Origin: the human T2T-CHM13v2.0 reference genome, Homo sapiens
Length of the DNA stretch: 64,000 bases
Assembly (NCBI RefSeq): GCF_009914755.1
Contig: NC_060926.1
Strand: one strand, 5' to 3'
Part shown: in pieces, positions 1 through 15,083 of the stretch
Layout of the letters: each line of letters starts with the position of its first letter
Numbering within the stretch: the first letter of the stretch is position 1
The notes under the pieces: model-generated
Seen by the model: only the letters and a program-made list of their open reading frames with translations
What the model was told of the DNA's origin: nothing
Databases searched by the model: none
Position numbers and translations under genes: made by a program

Positions 1-2289
1 CTGGCTCTTTGTAGTTTCTGACATGATGCTAAATCCCCAGTCTTCCATTCGACTTCTGCTCTCAGACAAAAATTCAGCAAGTATTTAGAGCTTGGCAGGG
101 CCAGTGACCACAAACAGACACTGGCTTCTAGTAAGAAACTGTAAAAGTTGCCTTTCTGTTGCCCTCTGATAAATGTGTGTCATGTACACACGTGCCCCAG
201 ATGTGCCCTGTCTGCATAAAAGCCAAGCACATCTACCACCTGGAAAGTTTCCACGCTGGATCAATTCCCAAATGATATTCTGCTCTGGCATACTGCTAGT
301 CCACCGGGGGCACCATGAGGAAACCACCATTTATTTGCTCAACTTGAAATTGACTTTCAGCTTTCTTTAGAAATGGTCTCAGAGGGTGTTTTAGATGACC
401 CAGAACTTCCCAAAATGTAACTAACAATTCCAGATCCCATCTACTTGGGAATCACGAAACGGAAAATTAAAACATTTTCCCCAGATGAATTTATGTTCCA
501 CTTCCTATTTTTAAAAACTTACACGTTTATAAATCAGAAGCAAAGGGGCTGCTCTCCCCAGAAAACACCTGCTCTCTGACATTAAGCCTGGAGGTTTAAG
601 TTCCCTGGAGGATGGCTCTGCCTGCCACTTCCCTTCACCTGTATGGATAAAAGCAGTCTGATGATCTGTCAGTAACCTAAAGCTTGGCCACTATGGGCCT
701 AGAAGCAAATTATTTTATATGGTCTAAATGTTTGTTGAGAACATCACAGCAACTTGAGGAGCAAATGAAAATTTTCCATGTTGATATTAATCCTCTGTAG
801 ACTTTCCTTCCTGTGTGGAGAGCTGCATACTTTTACAGGTAGTAATCAGATGCCACAAACTATGAGCCTGATTCAACCCAAATTATGCAGAGCAGGGAAT
901 TTTTGAAAAGCTGCTTTTGATTTTTCTTAGCTCTTTGTAGACACTCTTAATGCAGGCCTGTTTCCATCCCCTGACTGACCCCTTTAGATTTCCATAGGCA
1001 AGTCAGAGAGAAGGCAAGAAGGGAATTGAGGGCACCTTGCTAGCCGTCTTCCATCTAAGCACAAACGAAAGTTCTAGAATTAAGAAAATGCATCCTCCTG
1101 CCTTACTGGCACACTACATCCTGCACATTCCGGGCCTGGCAGCAAGAACAGTCAAGAAAGAAGACGTGTTTTTGGTTTTTTGTTATTTTTTTAAAACCAA
1201 ATCAAGATTTTGATTTCCAGAAATAAATCCTTCGCCCCTAACTTGTTCTCCTATTTCTGAAAGGCCCATTCCTAAGAAGAAATGACTTGAAAGATTTGCT
1301 CTATAATATTCGCTGGCAATCATAGCTCCAGTTTTCTCGGGAGGGTTTTGAGGGGGTTGTATTTCTCGTATACTTGGAGCAGAGTCCTTTCTGGCTCATT
1401 TCACAGGCTGAAACGTCTAGCTTAGGTAGACCAGGTATTCAGCAGGACAACAACTGAATTCCATAGCATCAGATTTAAGGGAAAATAGACTGAAATGATT
1501 TGGTGGAAGCAAGGTTTTTGAAAAAAACATAAAAAGTCTTTTGTGCAGAGATGGGCATGGATATATACTCTCTAAAAATTTACAAATTAAAAGTCAGCCA
1601 TTCCCAAACTCAAGAAACCCCTAGAGCATCCGGCAGCACTTCTGAAAAATAAATACAAGACCATATTTTCTTATACATAAACCACTCTCTTACTAGTTCA
1701 ACCCTAATTTGGTGACCTTGGAGACAATTTTTCTTTTGTAAGTAAATAATTATAATAAGTTGCCTCTAAGTTGTTATAAAACTACCCACAATTTTTCTGG
1801 CTTACAAAGAAAAATAAAAATGCTTAACATAAAGAGACTACTTTTGATCGTGCCAAACTTAAATAAATAGTAAATAGGGAAAAAGTAGAATTTTTAAAAA
1901 GGAACCAATAAGTCAAAGAAAAAAGTTTTCCTTGTATTTAGAGACTGTTCCATTTGAAGAAGCAATAGAATATTGGAGGAATGTCCAGAAGGTAGTCATT
2001 GTTAGCAGAACAACTCTAAGCAGTAATTTTGAAACCTATGTTCCTACTCAGATATAGGGATAGGAGAAAACGTATCATTTTTCTTGTGCCAGTGCCCAAA
2101 GGCAAACACACTCCTGCACCATGATTTCTAAGAACTTCCCCACCATTTGGTCTCAATGCAGAAGCTAAATTCCACCAAAGCTACCAGAATTACAAATGTC
2201 ATTCCTTTTGTCCTTACCAGGGAGGAATTATTTTACAAATAAACTCACACGTGTGCCAAATGGTGCTGTCAGATTGAAAACAATCTACA

Positions 2290-2635
2290 TGTTGTTAAAT
2301 AAGTCATCCTTTGCCAGTATGATGGAGTACTATGCAGCTATACAAACAAGACATTATGCAGAATAATTCCTGAGATATATTCTAAAGTGGACAAAAAAAT
2401 CAAGGTGCAGAAAAGTTTATATTGTAGGTAGGGTACCATTTCTGCCAAAGGGGGAAGATAATATTTTTAAAAAGAGAGAGAAATGTAATTACTTGGTTGG
2501 CATAGAGTGTCTGGAAAAATGGTCAAGATACTGGCCACTAGCAGACAGAGGTGGGAGGAAAACTAGTCACCGTACATCCATTTATATCTTCTGAATTTTG
2601 TGCAAAGTGAGTGTTTTACCCAGTCAAAAATAAAT
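2290..2635 (+). mobile_element. Ancient L1 (L1ME-like) 3' fragment
   Basis: ATGGAGTACTATGCAGCTAT and the terminal TCTGAATTTTGTGCAAAGTGAGTGTTTTACCCAGTCAAAAATAAA resemble old L1M 3' ends. Confidence 0.5.
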
Positions 2636-3721
2636 ACGATAATTTTTTTTTAATCTGACAAAGTATATATTTCACTTGAGTGTTTGGGTCAACAAGAGTG
2701 CAATCCTCAGAATAAAAGAACATTTCCCTTTGGTGGCTGAGAGTTGGCCCCCATAATCCAGGAGTCTTCTTGCATCTAAAAGCCTTCAGGGGGCCAGGAC
2801 TGTCCAGAAGGAAGGCCCCATGGCTCACCAGCGAATTTTTATCAGTTCACTGGGGGCCCGGCTGGCCAAGGAGCTTCGGCTGCCTGCTGCGAAGCCTAAG
2901 CCGCAACAGCTGCATAAACTGGCTGTGCCCCAGCCTGACCTATTTTGGAGACAGGTCAGACCAGTGCATGCGGGGATAAGAAAACAACCTTCCTTGCAGC
3001 CAGTGGCTGCACTGCCAAGCTGCGCCAGAGGGAGAAACATGGGGGCAGGAGCTCTCCAGCTCCTAGGAGCCTTACTAGCCAGGCTATTTTCTTTTTCACT
3101 CTCACACTGCACCCCAATAACACAGGAGCCCCCAACGTTTTGGGAAGTAATGGAGGCAAATGGAACAGAACGGTCATTAAAATGTATCCTTCAGCTTGAA
3201 GAATGCTACTTTGGAAGGTGTCCTTAAAACTTCTTAGCTCCAGTTTTAAAGGAGAGGGAATTAAGAAGAATCATGCACAAAGAAAAAAGAATGCACACAA
3301 CCTCACGTGCAGAGCTATAAAGACCTTTAAGAACAATGAAGCAGGCTGAAGAGGGGATATAATGAGAAACTGTGCAAAAACAATTCCCCAAAATGAAAGA
3401 CTATAACAGCATTTTAGGAATAAGAATGGATGTATGAGACTCGTTTTCAAAAAAGCAACGTATTTGTCAATTCCTGATCTGCTGAAAAAACTTGTGCCAA
3501 ATACAAAGAAAAGTTTGAGTTGGAGTTTCAAAAAAAGCCAAGTTAATCTAAAAGAGAAAAGTAACCTTTTAAGCTGGGAGGAAAAGTAATTAAGAAGCAT
3601 GTTTTGACATCTCAGCTAATGGTTTTAGAATTTTATTTTTTATACCCATTAAATCGAAGTTTTTTACATTTAATAGTTGCTCATAAACTCAATTTTTTGA
3701 CTTGGTGAAAGCAGACTTAGT

Positions 3722-3737
3722 GGTGTGGGGTGTGTGT

Positions 3738-3771
<34 letters not shown>
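3722..3771. repeat. Imperfect (TG)n microsatellite
   Basis: Visible TG run with interruptions. Confidence 0.9.
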
Positions 3772-3879
3772 TTGGTCTTCATTGTTGCTTCTAAGCCCTG
3801 AATTAGGCTTTATCTGCCCTTGGGCAGAGCCCATCTGCTAGTTTGTAGGCTGGTCACTTTCTGAGTGTTCAGAGATTAT

Positions 3880-4060
3880 TTCCCCCCCGACCAAGACTTT
3901 TGAGTTTTGCTGCTAGGTGTAATTTGCACATAATATGCACCTTCTCATTTCATTCTCACAGAATCCTGGAAAGCTGGTATGCAGTTCCCTATCTTAGAGA
4001 TGTCAAAACTGAAGTTCAAAAGGTCACAACTAAAATGTGCTTGGTCTCAATTTTAGAGCA
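3880..4060. mobile_element. MIR fragment
   Basis: TCTCATTTCATTCTCACAGAATCCTG...TCTTAGAGATGTCAAAACTGAAGTTCAAAAGGTCACA resembles the MIR core. Confidence 0.5.
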
Positions 4061-4977
4061 AAATTGGTGATGCAAGAACAGACCACTTTCACCTTGGGTA
4101 CTGTGTTTTTTATAAGGCAAGAAAGATCTGAAAAGGTACTTTGGAGTGTGTTTAAATCAAACAAGACAAAAAGCATTCAATTGCTTTAGTGAACCTCAAT
4201 TGGGAAACTGGCCAAGTGGGGATTCATAAAGAAGAAACCTATTGCTTTTCTTATAATAAAATGAATTGGACCAATTAATTTTCTTTAGTTCAGGTTAAGC
4301 TCAACCGTGTTGATTGAGACACACACATGCACACATGCTTTGGCCAAGATTTTCTTAATCATCACGTTACATTTGAATATTGGAAGAATTTAAATATATG
4401 TTTGAAGACAGATTCTATGAATCTATAATCGTTTAAAAATAAAATGCTTTTGAAAGAAAAAGGTAGTATGAAGGAAACTAGGAAGTTAGTACTCAAAGGC
4501 AAGGGCCAATGAACTGGGTAAGAACCAAGAGCCTGTGAACTGGGTAAGTTATGCCGACACTAGAGTTTGCCACTAAAAGGGTAGGGGGCGAAGAGGGATA
4601 TGTTTAAAAGTCATTTTCATTTTCTGTATATATGCACATTTAGCATATCTGTGTGCCTGTAAAAATCACAAAATAAAAATGTAGACTTTCTATTTAAAAT
4701 GCAAATGTGTATGTGACCGTATCAGCATTGACTATGAGAGTACACAATAATTCCATGTTGCAATACAAATTTCATAGCAATTAACTTTTCTTTCTTAATA
4801 TTCTACCCTAACTTACTTATTATTTCCAACCATTAACACAAGACCAAATACATTTAATTCTACAGTTGTTTCCATAAATATGCCTACTTTTCAATTATAA
4901 AAATTTTGAAAATCTACATTTAAGTTTTGATAAAACTATACTACTTAAATTATCCATATGATCCTGTAAATTTTTAA

Positions 4978-5505
<528 letters not shown>

Positions 5506-8500
5506 TAGTCAAGGAATTACTGAATGAGTTTAAGGAGCCAAACACACAGCCAGTTTAATAGTTGCCTATCTTGAGTTCTAATCTGTTTTGCTAGGGAAGG
5601 TAATTTATCAATCACCTCAGTAAGAGGTGGACATAAAAACTCAGACTACTTCAATCAACTTACTTTACCACAAAGTGGAGGTGTTTTGTTTTGTTTTGTT
5701 TCACTTAAAAAATCCTGCAGCAAAATGTAAAATGGTGCGAACTTTGCTGTATGCAACGTGCAAGGCAAAATCCTTTCTCAAGATTTTCCTTTCCCCTAGA
5801 AGAAATGTGCATCAAATCAAATTCTTAACACTGTTGCCCTTATTTAATACAATTTCATTTTCAAAGACACGTGGCCACTTCAACAACAGAAATTACCTGT
5901 TGGTGGTTTTTAAAAAGATTTGTCAGGAAGGAAAGAAGGAAAAGAAGAAGATAAGAATTTATAACACCTATTATTCCTCAACAGTCTTCAATAACTATAT
6001 TTCATGATTTTCATATCTCCCTTTGACAATGGTGAACTTTCTAATTCTTCTCTCGTGAATTGATGTTTTATGATGTTAAACAGGCATTTTGATAACTGTG
6101 CATATTCCAACTAAAACTTGGAAATATACATATTCTCTTCATTTTGGAGCATGATCTCAGCTTAGATAATTTGAAGAAAGCCTTCCTAAAGGAGAGGTGT
6201 TCTGCTTCCAGTAAAAGCTCACAATGCTATTGGAGCTCAGTATTTCCCAACACTGTAGGGTAGAGCTAAAAGCTGAGTTGTGTCTTGCTCTACCGAAGAC
6301 TGGTGTGAATGGGACAAAACTATCTTTCCCAACAGGGCAGAGGATGGCCATTAGGGGATTAGTCTTTTCAATAACCTTTATTAGGAAGGAAAGAAAGAAA
6401 ATAGGTATTGAAGGTAAGAATTTATAACACCTTTTATTCACCTATTATAGAATTATAATACCTATTGCTGCTTTGGTGTTTATCTTCCAGAAAGATGACA
6501 ATACCTGAATTTTCTTCAGAAATGTCTGAAATTCCTTTTCACAATTCCCCAACTAAAGGCAGCCGGTTCTTGGGTCAGCAATTTTGAGTTGGTACTAAGA
6601 TCAGGCCCAACTTGGAGCTGGAAGATGCTGTCCCTGGGGCAGTGTGTGAATACACGGCCTAATATCCAAGGAAGAAAAGTTACTTGAACTCTGTATGTAT
6701 ACAAAATATACATTTGAAATATATGACAAAGAACTATCTAATGCTATATCTAGACCCAGGACATGGGAACCATAACAAATCTGAGCTAACTGTAACTTCT
6801 AGCTTAATCTATTTCAGGCAGTTGTTCTACACTGCAATGTTTGGTAGTAAATATTTTACATCAGAGAGCATTTGAGCACAGATGGATTATTAATTAATAG
6901 GAGGATTATAATAGAAAATATTAGATAATACCCACCAAAATTCTGCTCTGTATGTCAAGATTCATCTTGCTCAAGAGTGAACAAGAGTAAAAAATAAAAC
7001 AATAAAGCCTCATGCACAACTTTTTAGTACTGAAATGAGCACAAAGAAAGAGATTCGAAAACCCCACACACAGGCAGATCCATGATGCACAGTTACATAT
7101 CCAAAGCCTAAATCTGGCATGAATTTTACAACCTCAGTTAGTGCTATTTGTTGGAATTTGCAAATTAAGCACAGAGATAGTATTTCCAAAAGATTCGTTT
7201 GCAGGATTTTTGCTTTCATAATAAAAGAAAAACCTATGCAAATATATTGTGTTCTTAAACAAACAAACAAAAGTCGGATAGTTCATCTCAAAATCAACAG
7301 TTTAAAAGAGTCATAAAATGATTCAAGGAAATATTTCTCCTGGCATTCAACAACTGGGAGGCTGTGCTGTTACCTCAGTTTCTGATGACTTTAGAAAGTG
7401 CAATCCATAGGACAAACATATCTTCATTTTGTGCAACTAAATATAGTTTAGTGCCAGCATAATTCTTAGTGTAATAAATAAACTCTAACAATGCACATAC
7501 ATACACATAAACACATATCTATTCCTAAATTATAGAGGATTGGAAATATACATGAGAGTCATCTAACCATCTATAAACACAGAAATTATGGAAACACGTG
7601 TAGAGAGATGTAGTCAATATAACACTCAGATTCCTGTGTATTTAATTATTCCCTACCTACTTTTACATAAAAATCTGCTATGTTTTCATTAAATAATTCC
7701 AGCTTGGAAGACAATTTTAGGGAAACTTTTGTATTTAGAAACTTAGCAACAGGCAGATAGTAGCTGCCATGCTTTCTGCCACACCCCCCCAAAATGAGAA
7801 TCTATTTGATGATAAATTCACCATCATAGCCTCAGTTCTAAGTAAGAAATCACGATAGGATAATTAAAAACACCCCATGAGTCTTCTCTACAAACCTACA
7901 ACATGTAACTGGTTTCAGTTCCTATTTCTTAAAGAGAATTTGGTCAATTCCTCCTTAGAGATTTCAGAGGAAAAGAAGGATTTTCCAGGACAGATAAATT
8001 GAAATGATCCCGCTTTGATCTCTATGGTTAAGAACCCCTCACAATGGAAGATGACCACTGAGGGGCCGCGCTCCCGGCCTTTTAATGTGTAACAATGGTA
8101 TCAACAAACAGCTACTTAATCAATATTTGGCCAGAGCTGCTGAAAACTTCCTTTTCAGATTTTAATTCCTACTTGTAAAACAACCCCAGAGCAGCCAGTG
8201 AGATAAGACATTAAACTGACTGCTTAATTGCCTTTTAGTGTCTTGTTAGTTATATATGTACATTCTAAATGGTTCTTTAATCTTTATTTACCCTCATAGA
8301 TAAGTTACCTGTCATACAGAATCCAATCGAACGTAAAACATTTTCTGTTCCAGCCCAAGCCAAACTCTTATTTCTCACCGTTTGTTTGTTGTTACTGTTG
8401 CAGCTTTTCATTTTCATTGGCCATCTACTTATGTACAACTTAAACATTTAGTCTCATAGGAAGAATTTTTTGTTGTTGTTCTCAAAATATATGCATTCAT

Positions 8501-10079
8501 GGATGCTGAAGCCATTCGGATTTAGCGGCCACACTCCTATTCACGTGATCGATTTCTGCATATTCCACTCGCCTGAACCGCCGCGCGCTGACTGGTTCCG
8601 CCTCACCGCCCGGGTGGGTTTTATTGCTCAGCCCTGGGGACTTTTAAATGACCCTTCAGTAATTATTACTCAGTAGAAGCCCCTACGTCCTGGTTCCGGT
8701 GCTATCAACAATCAAATCAAACCCCAAAATAAACATACGATTTCAAGCATTAATTAGAAAATCTGCATGTTTTCAATAAAGCTCTAGAAGGTAAGCACAC
8801 AGCAGTCAACCAAACCAAACAAGCGAAAAAGAAAAAGCTAGGAGCTGAACTCTGGTGTTTCCTTTCAAATCGTTCCAGCAGGAAAATTGTTACCGCGACA
8901 TTAATAAATAGAACACGGCGTGGTGTTCTAATAGAATTCAAGTTCTGATACTTCCAATATTTTTTAAATGGATGATATTTCTTTGCTGAGTTTTGCAAGG
9001 ACTTCAGAAAATATGAAGTTTTCTCTATAGAATCGAAACGACATTGAAGTCAAATTCGTGATCCTAACAAATGGACTTGGAAAGTGGGCTGGTCTGTCCA
9101 CTTGAATAAAGGATCCGATGCCATAAACCTATGATCTTATACCCAATGATTTTAATCTATGGGAAAGTTCGTCCCCCGCCTTCCCCTCCTCCCAACCTTG
9201 GACCAAAATGGCCCTTCCTGCTCACTAACCGGGAAAGAAACGGCCCTTCGTTTTCCTTGATTTCAGCAGTCCCTTAATGATAAGAGTGCTCTTTTCATGA
9301 TTTCACTGGAAATAAAATACTCCAAATACCTTTAATGCTTTTCTGCGTTTTAAACTGATTAATCTTCTCCTACCTCCCCCCCAAAAAGCTGAAGTCGTCC
9401 TCGTTAACTTTACAAAAGCTGACAAGCTTACAAATAAAATGGAAACTTGAGCAAAGCTTTCGTCACTTTTACTTTCTCCAATTTTTTAAGAAAGCACTCT
9501 TTTTTGTAAACGTCAAATAAGAGGGAACAGATAGGAAGGGAATATAAGCCCCCAACAGACCTATGCTTGAGATCTCTTAGTGGGATCTTTTAAATTGTTG
9601 CAAACCTCCCACGCTCACTTGTGATTTTAAAAGGGAGGAAAGTCTTATGAGAGTGTATCGCCAGTCCCCAATCAAAACATCAATTTGGCAATCTGGCCTC
9701 TCTCCCCCTGCACTCCGGAGCTGCCACTTCAAAGCTGCTACAACAAGTCAGTAATTGTAACTTTGCATCTAAATATTTAAGCGAGAGTCTTGCAGTCGCG
9801 TGTCCATTTACAGTCCTCAACTGTCCTCTAATTCCATTACTGCACAAAGCAAAAATGTTTCCCAAAACTCACAAACAGGAAAAGCGTCACCCTGCTGGAG
9901 GGGGAGAAGGAGGGGTGGAGGAGGAGGAGGAGATGATGAAGGGGCAGTTTCTATTGATTAGTCACCGCTTTTGTGTTAAGGGCTTTCTTTAAAATAAGAA
10001 AAAAATGGGGGGAGGTTGCAGAAATTTCACTAATGTGAGCCTCAGGCAAGGGAGGAAAAAAAAAAAGAGGAGAAGAAGG

Positions 10080-10570
10080 GGGGAGGCGGGCTGTGTCTAG
10101 ATGAAAGTGAGAAGGACATAAAGGAGGCAATTGAGTCGGCTGCAGCCCGGCGAGCTAAGCTTCGAGCCGGCCAGAGAGTAGGGGAGGGGGCGGAGCGGCG
10201 CGGCGCTTTGGCGCAGAGCACAGGAGTGGGGGCCCAGCCCATTGTGGCGGCGCCCGCGGGCCCGCTAGGCCGAGCCGGGGGAGGAACAGAGGCGCCCATT
10301 GAGCGGCCGCTGCGCAGGGCCGTGCCCACAGCCCCGGATGCCTCGGCCAGGACTTGGCTCCCCCGGCTGCCTCTGCTCCAGTCTCAGCGCGGGCCAGGGG
10401 CTAGGGGGATTGGGGATAGCGGGCGGGGTTCGTGTTAGTGAACCGCCCAGCCCTCTCCTTTCTCCTGGGCTATGGAGCTGGAGGGATGTATCCAGCAAGG
10501 GTGCATCATGCTTAGCGCGCGCCCGTTAGGGAGCGCGGGCCTGAGCGCACCAGCACCGCTAGCGGCTCAG
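10080..10570. promoter_or_regulatory. CpG island in PAX3 intron 4
   Basis: Dense CG dinucleotides and very high GC content within an AT-rich intron. Confidence 0.8.
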
Positions 10571-11096
10571 CTCTTGAATTGAGCGAGGGAAAAGGGAAAG
10601 TTGGGAAAGTTAAGAGGACCATCTGGGAGAAAGCCACTGGAGAGAAGAATGAGGTGATTCTGACCTCATTCAAAGTGGCTCAACCCTTTTGTCCTAGTGT
10701 CTGCCAAGCAGACCTCAGGCCAAAGATTCCCCTGAAAAGCCAGGCTCAGCAGCACCCACCAGACCCACTAACTGGAAAAGGGCAAGAATACACCACACTG
10801 GTCAGGGGACCCCAAAGTTCCTCCTCCCTCAGCTTTCTTCTCCCCCTCTGCCAGGGCGCTAAGAACGCTTTATCAACATTCATTCTATTTTACAAGCGGG
10901 CAGCCTGGGATTTTTGATGCCCGAACAACAGAAAGGAGTTTTTGAAGTTTCTAGACTTCAAACTGCACCTCACTCTGTCCTTTCTCTGGGCCCCTCTTGT
11001 CCTCCGAGGCTCATCTAAAAAGGAGCTAGAGATGCTGAAGAGACAGACACTGCATCTTCCTTGACAACCCCAAATTAAATCAGGCTTCAGCCTCCA

Positions 11097-11098
<2 letters not shown>

Positions 11099-11147
<49 letters not shown>
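11099..11147. repeat. (GT)~24 microsatellite
   Basis: Perfect GT run. Confidence 0.97.
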
Positions 11148-11150
<3 letters not shown>

Positions 11151-12734
11151 CCAACAGCACAGCCCCCACTGGGGAGAATACTCTGATTTTAAAAATGTAG
11201 CAATTGCCCTTGAATAGCAGCCGGCCCAGCTAGACAGCCCAAAAGACTAGAAACATTTTGTAGGTGAAATGGCCACTTTTTCCACGCTGAAGAGTCCATA
11301 AAACTTCCCGGCGCAGCAGCTATTGGGGCTCATTGAATAATTCATCCCTCATTGCAAGCCCATAATGTCTATTCTCAGCCTTTTGTGGTGCTGTTTTCTC
11401 TTCTTTTCTCCTTGAATTATAAAAAGGTTGCCTTCCTTTGTTCACATCAAGCTGCTCCGAGCTGGAGCTTTGTCTGGGCTGAGCTAAAGTGTGAGTTTCA
11501 ATGGACTCTCCAGGCTTTGTCTCCCAAGTTCATCTCCAAGTGTAGATTGTGTAGAGAAGGACTTCTTTGTAAAAGCTGGAAAAGTTGTACAAATGTTTGA
11601 CCAGCTCATTTGGGACGTTTTGTCTCCTGGGCCTCAGTCGCCTGTACTGCGAGAGAGCAGCCAGTCTGCCAGCGCCGGAGCCTCCAGCAACAAGTAGCAA
11701 AGCCGTGAGTCCCCAGCCTCTGTGACTGCTCTGGGCTCTTCTCCCCACTGCCCACAGGAGCACATTTGGTTTGGGGTTGTCTGACTCCCTGCCTTCCTCC
11801 CTTCTCAGCACCTCTATTCTGCAGCTAGGCCTGGGATAAAAGCCAAGGTGTCTTCTCAGAGACCAAGGCAGAAAAATGCACCTCTCCAAAAAGAGGATTT
11901 AGGCTGAGTCCATAGGAGGCCTCTGTCATAAAGCAAAGGAAGCATCTCCCTGCCCAACCTGCTGTGGTTTGACATGTCTTTGATTTCTTGTGTGCATCAG
12001 AGTATCTACACTTGTTTTTCCCTCAAATCAGCCATTTGGATCTGTAACTTCCAAATCTAAATGTTCCTTCCAGGTTGTGTGCAGATTTTGCATTGCTTTG
12101 TAAAGCAGCTGCTCAGGAGAGCCACTGGCTGCCACAGAGTTGGGCAATGAAGATAAAAGAAGTCCCACTTGGATGCCACTCTGGTAAGGGCTCGGACCCA
12201 GCTAGTCACAGTCGGCAACGGCTGTGAGCCCACCTGGAAAGCCGCCTGTCCCTCTGGCAACTCCAAAACTAACTTTGCCCAATGAACTCCAAGTCCCAGG
12301 TGAGGAAACTTCAGGCATGAGTGGGACCCCTGGCCACTCTTGACCATTTGTGCATTTGAAGAGGGGCAACCACCCCCAAGGCCAAAGCCACTGAGACACA
12401 ATCCTCCCCTCCCCCCTGCCGTCTCCTGCTGCAATGATCCTTTCCTGGTTCAGCATTTCTTTTCCTTTCTTTCTTTCTTTTTGCGTTTGTACCCTTAAAG
12501 TTTGAGGATGGCTTGCGGCAGGTGAAGGGGAAGCAAGCTGCACTTCTGTCTCCCATGGGGGAGATTTTTTTTCTTAGTGCCGACAGTGCACAGCCGAAAA
12601 GGAATGGGGATCTGTACCCCTAGAAGACAGAGGGTGCCAGCACTCTAAGAACCCAGATCCCTTCAATTTGTAACCCAGAGCTTGGGTTCCTTTCAATTCC
12701 CAGGCACACACAGGTTAAACCCCCTCACATTTGA

Positions 12735-12854
12735 AAATCAACTTCAAACAAATCAAACCAGTCAACACACAGACATATTTATAAGGCAGCCAATGTGGGG
12801 GCAATTTTGGAGGGCCGTTGCCCAAAAGAGTACTCTCTCTCTCTCTCCTTTAAT
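12735..12854 (-). terminator. Candidate intronic polyadenylation region for PAX3a/b
   Basis: Minus strand has ATTAAA overlapping the PAX3b stop (12849-12854) and the variant TATAAA (12778-12783). These are followed by a GU/U-rich tract TGTCTGTGTGTTGACTGGTTTGATTTGTTTGAAGTTGATTTT. Confidence 0.5.
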
Positions 12855-12884
12855 GCGAGGAAACTCCGGAGACCAGGGCCTTTC
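12850..12884 (-). CDS. PAX3: PAX3b isoform terminal exon, coding part
   Basis: Acceptor cttttatgccctcag| then (G)GA AAG GCC CTG GTC TCC GGA GTT TCC TCG CAT TAA, giving GKALVSGVSSH-stop and 206 aa in total, matching PAX3b. Confidence 0.88.
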
Positions 12885-13230
12885 CTGAGGGCATAAAAGC
12901 TACTTCAACTTCTGAAGATTCAAGTACCCTCTATCCCCGGCCCTACAATTGCTCAGAGATGCCCAGTCTCATACATTTAATGGCAACAGAGTGAGAGCTT
13001 CCCCTGCCCCCTACAACAGAGCACAATTCACAGTTCTAGAATCCCAGGGGCTGAAAGTGGTAAGAAAGAAAGATTTACAAAACAGAAAAACTAAGCAGAA
13101 TAGAAATGTTTGTTTTGATTCCTAGTGTCCCTCTGGTCTTTCAGTTCCATGTCGTTACTCAGGCGCAGAGACACCGCGCATGAAGGGACCTTGATCCGAG
13201 CTGGGCTTGGCTGCCGTCAGATCACCAATG

Positions 13231-13602
<372 letters not shown>

Positions 13603-14324
13603 TCATCCTGCCACTCAAACCCCCCTCCCTATTATCTGTATCTCGGTACTGAAAGACGGAGGCTGGGAAAACCGTGCCTCCAAGTTAGGGCCGGATGCCA
13701 TCTTTGTCCCTCGATTCTGGGCAGGAAGCATTTCCCTTCCTGGACTCCGAAGACCGGGCTCTAGGTCTGCAATCTAAGAGAATTCTCCCACCAGCCCACC
13801 GGGTACCCTCCTTCCTCCCCACCTGAATGCATGGATCCTGCGGTTCGCCTTAAGGGAGGAAGAACCAAAGCCGACTTGTCCGCGCCCCCCCCCACCCCCC
13901 CGTAAATCAAGTTTCTTTTTTTTCCTTTCTTCCCTTTTTTTTTTTTTTTTAAGGCTATAAAGGGTTTAAATTTCAACTGCAGAATCGTTTCCTATTGTAA
14001 AAATCAAAAGAAAATGCACTCTCTCCCACTTATTTTTTCCAGATTCCAGTCTGGTAAACAAATCCATGCTCTGAAATATGTTTCTCACAGAGGGAAAAAG
14101 GGAGTTTCCTTTTAATTAAAAACAAACCCTCCCGTGCGCCCTCTCGCTGGCCCCGTGCTTGCCCCTCTTCTCCCTCCGCCTCCCCCAGGCTGCCGTGGCG
14201 GGGGGCTCCGGACCGTCCCTGAGACTCTCGGAGGAAATCGGGGCCGTTGTGGAAGCCTCCACGGCTTTGCGCACACGGCAAAGTCCCTCCCGGCGCGGGC
14301 CCCATCTCCCTTCGGTTGGGGTTA

Positions 14325-15083
<759 letters not shown>

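Noticed and set aside
130-370. Motif patch with TGATAAAT, CACGTG, CATAAA and the palindrome GGAAAGTTTCC
   Set aside because: Possible enhancer, but not distinguishable from chance without conservation data.
2770-3227. Cluster of overlapping ORFs (up to 135 aa) in intron 4
   Set aside because: No recognisable protein or splice context. The GC-richer patch could be regulatory, but the motifs are too generic to call.
4510-4548. 13-bp direct repeat TGAACTGGGTAAG
   Set aside because: Only two copies, consistent with an ordinary local duplication. Not CRISPR-like.
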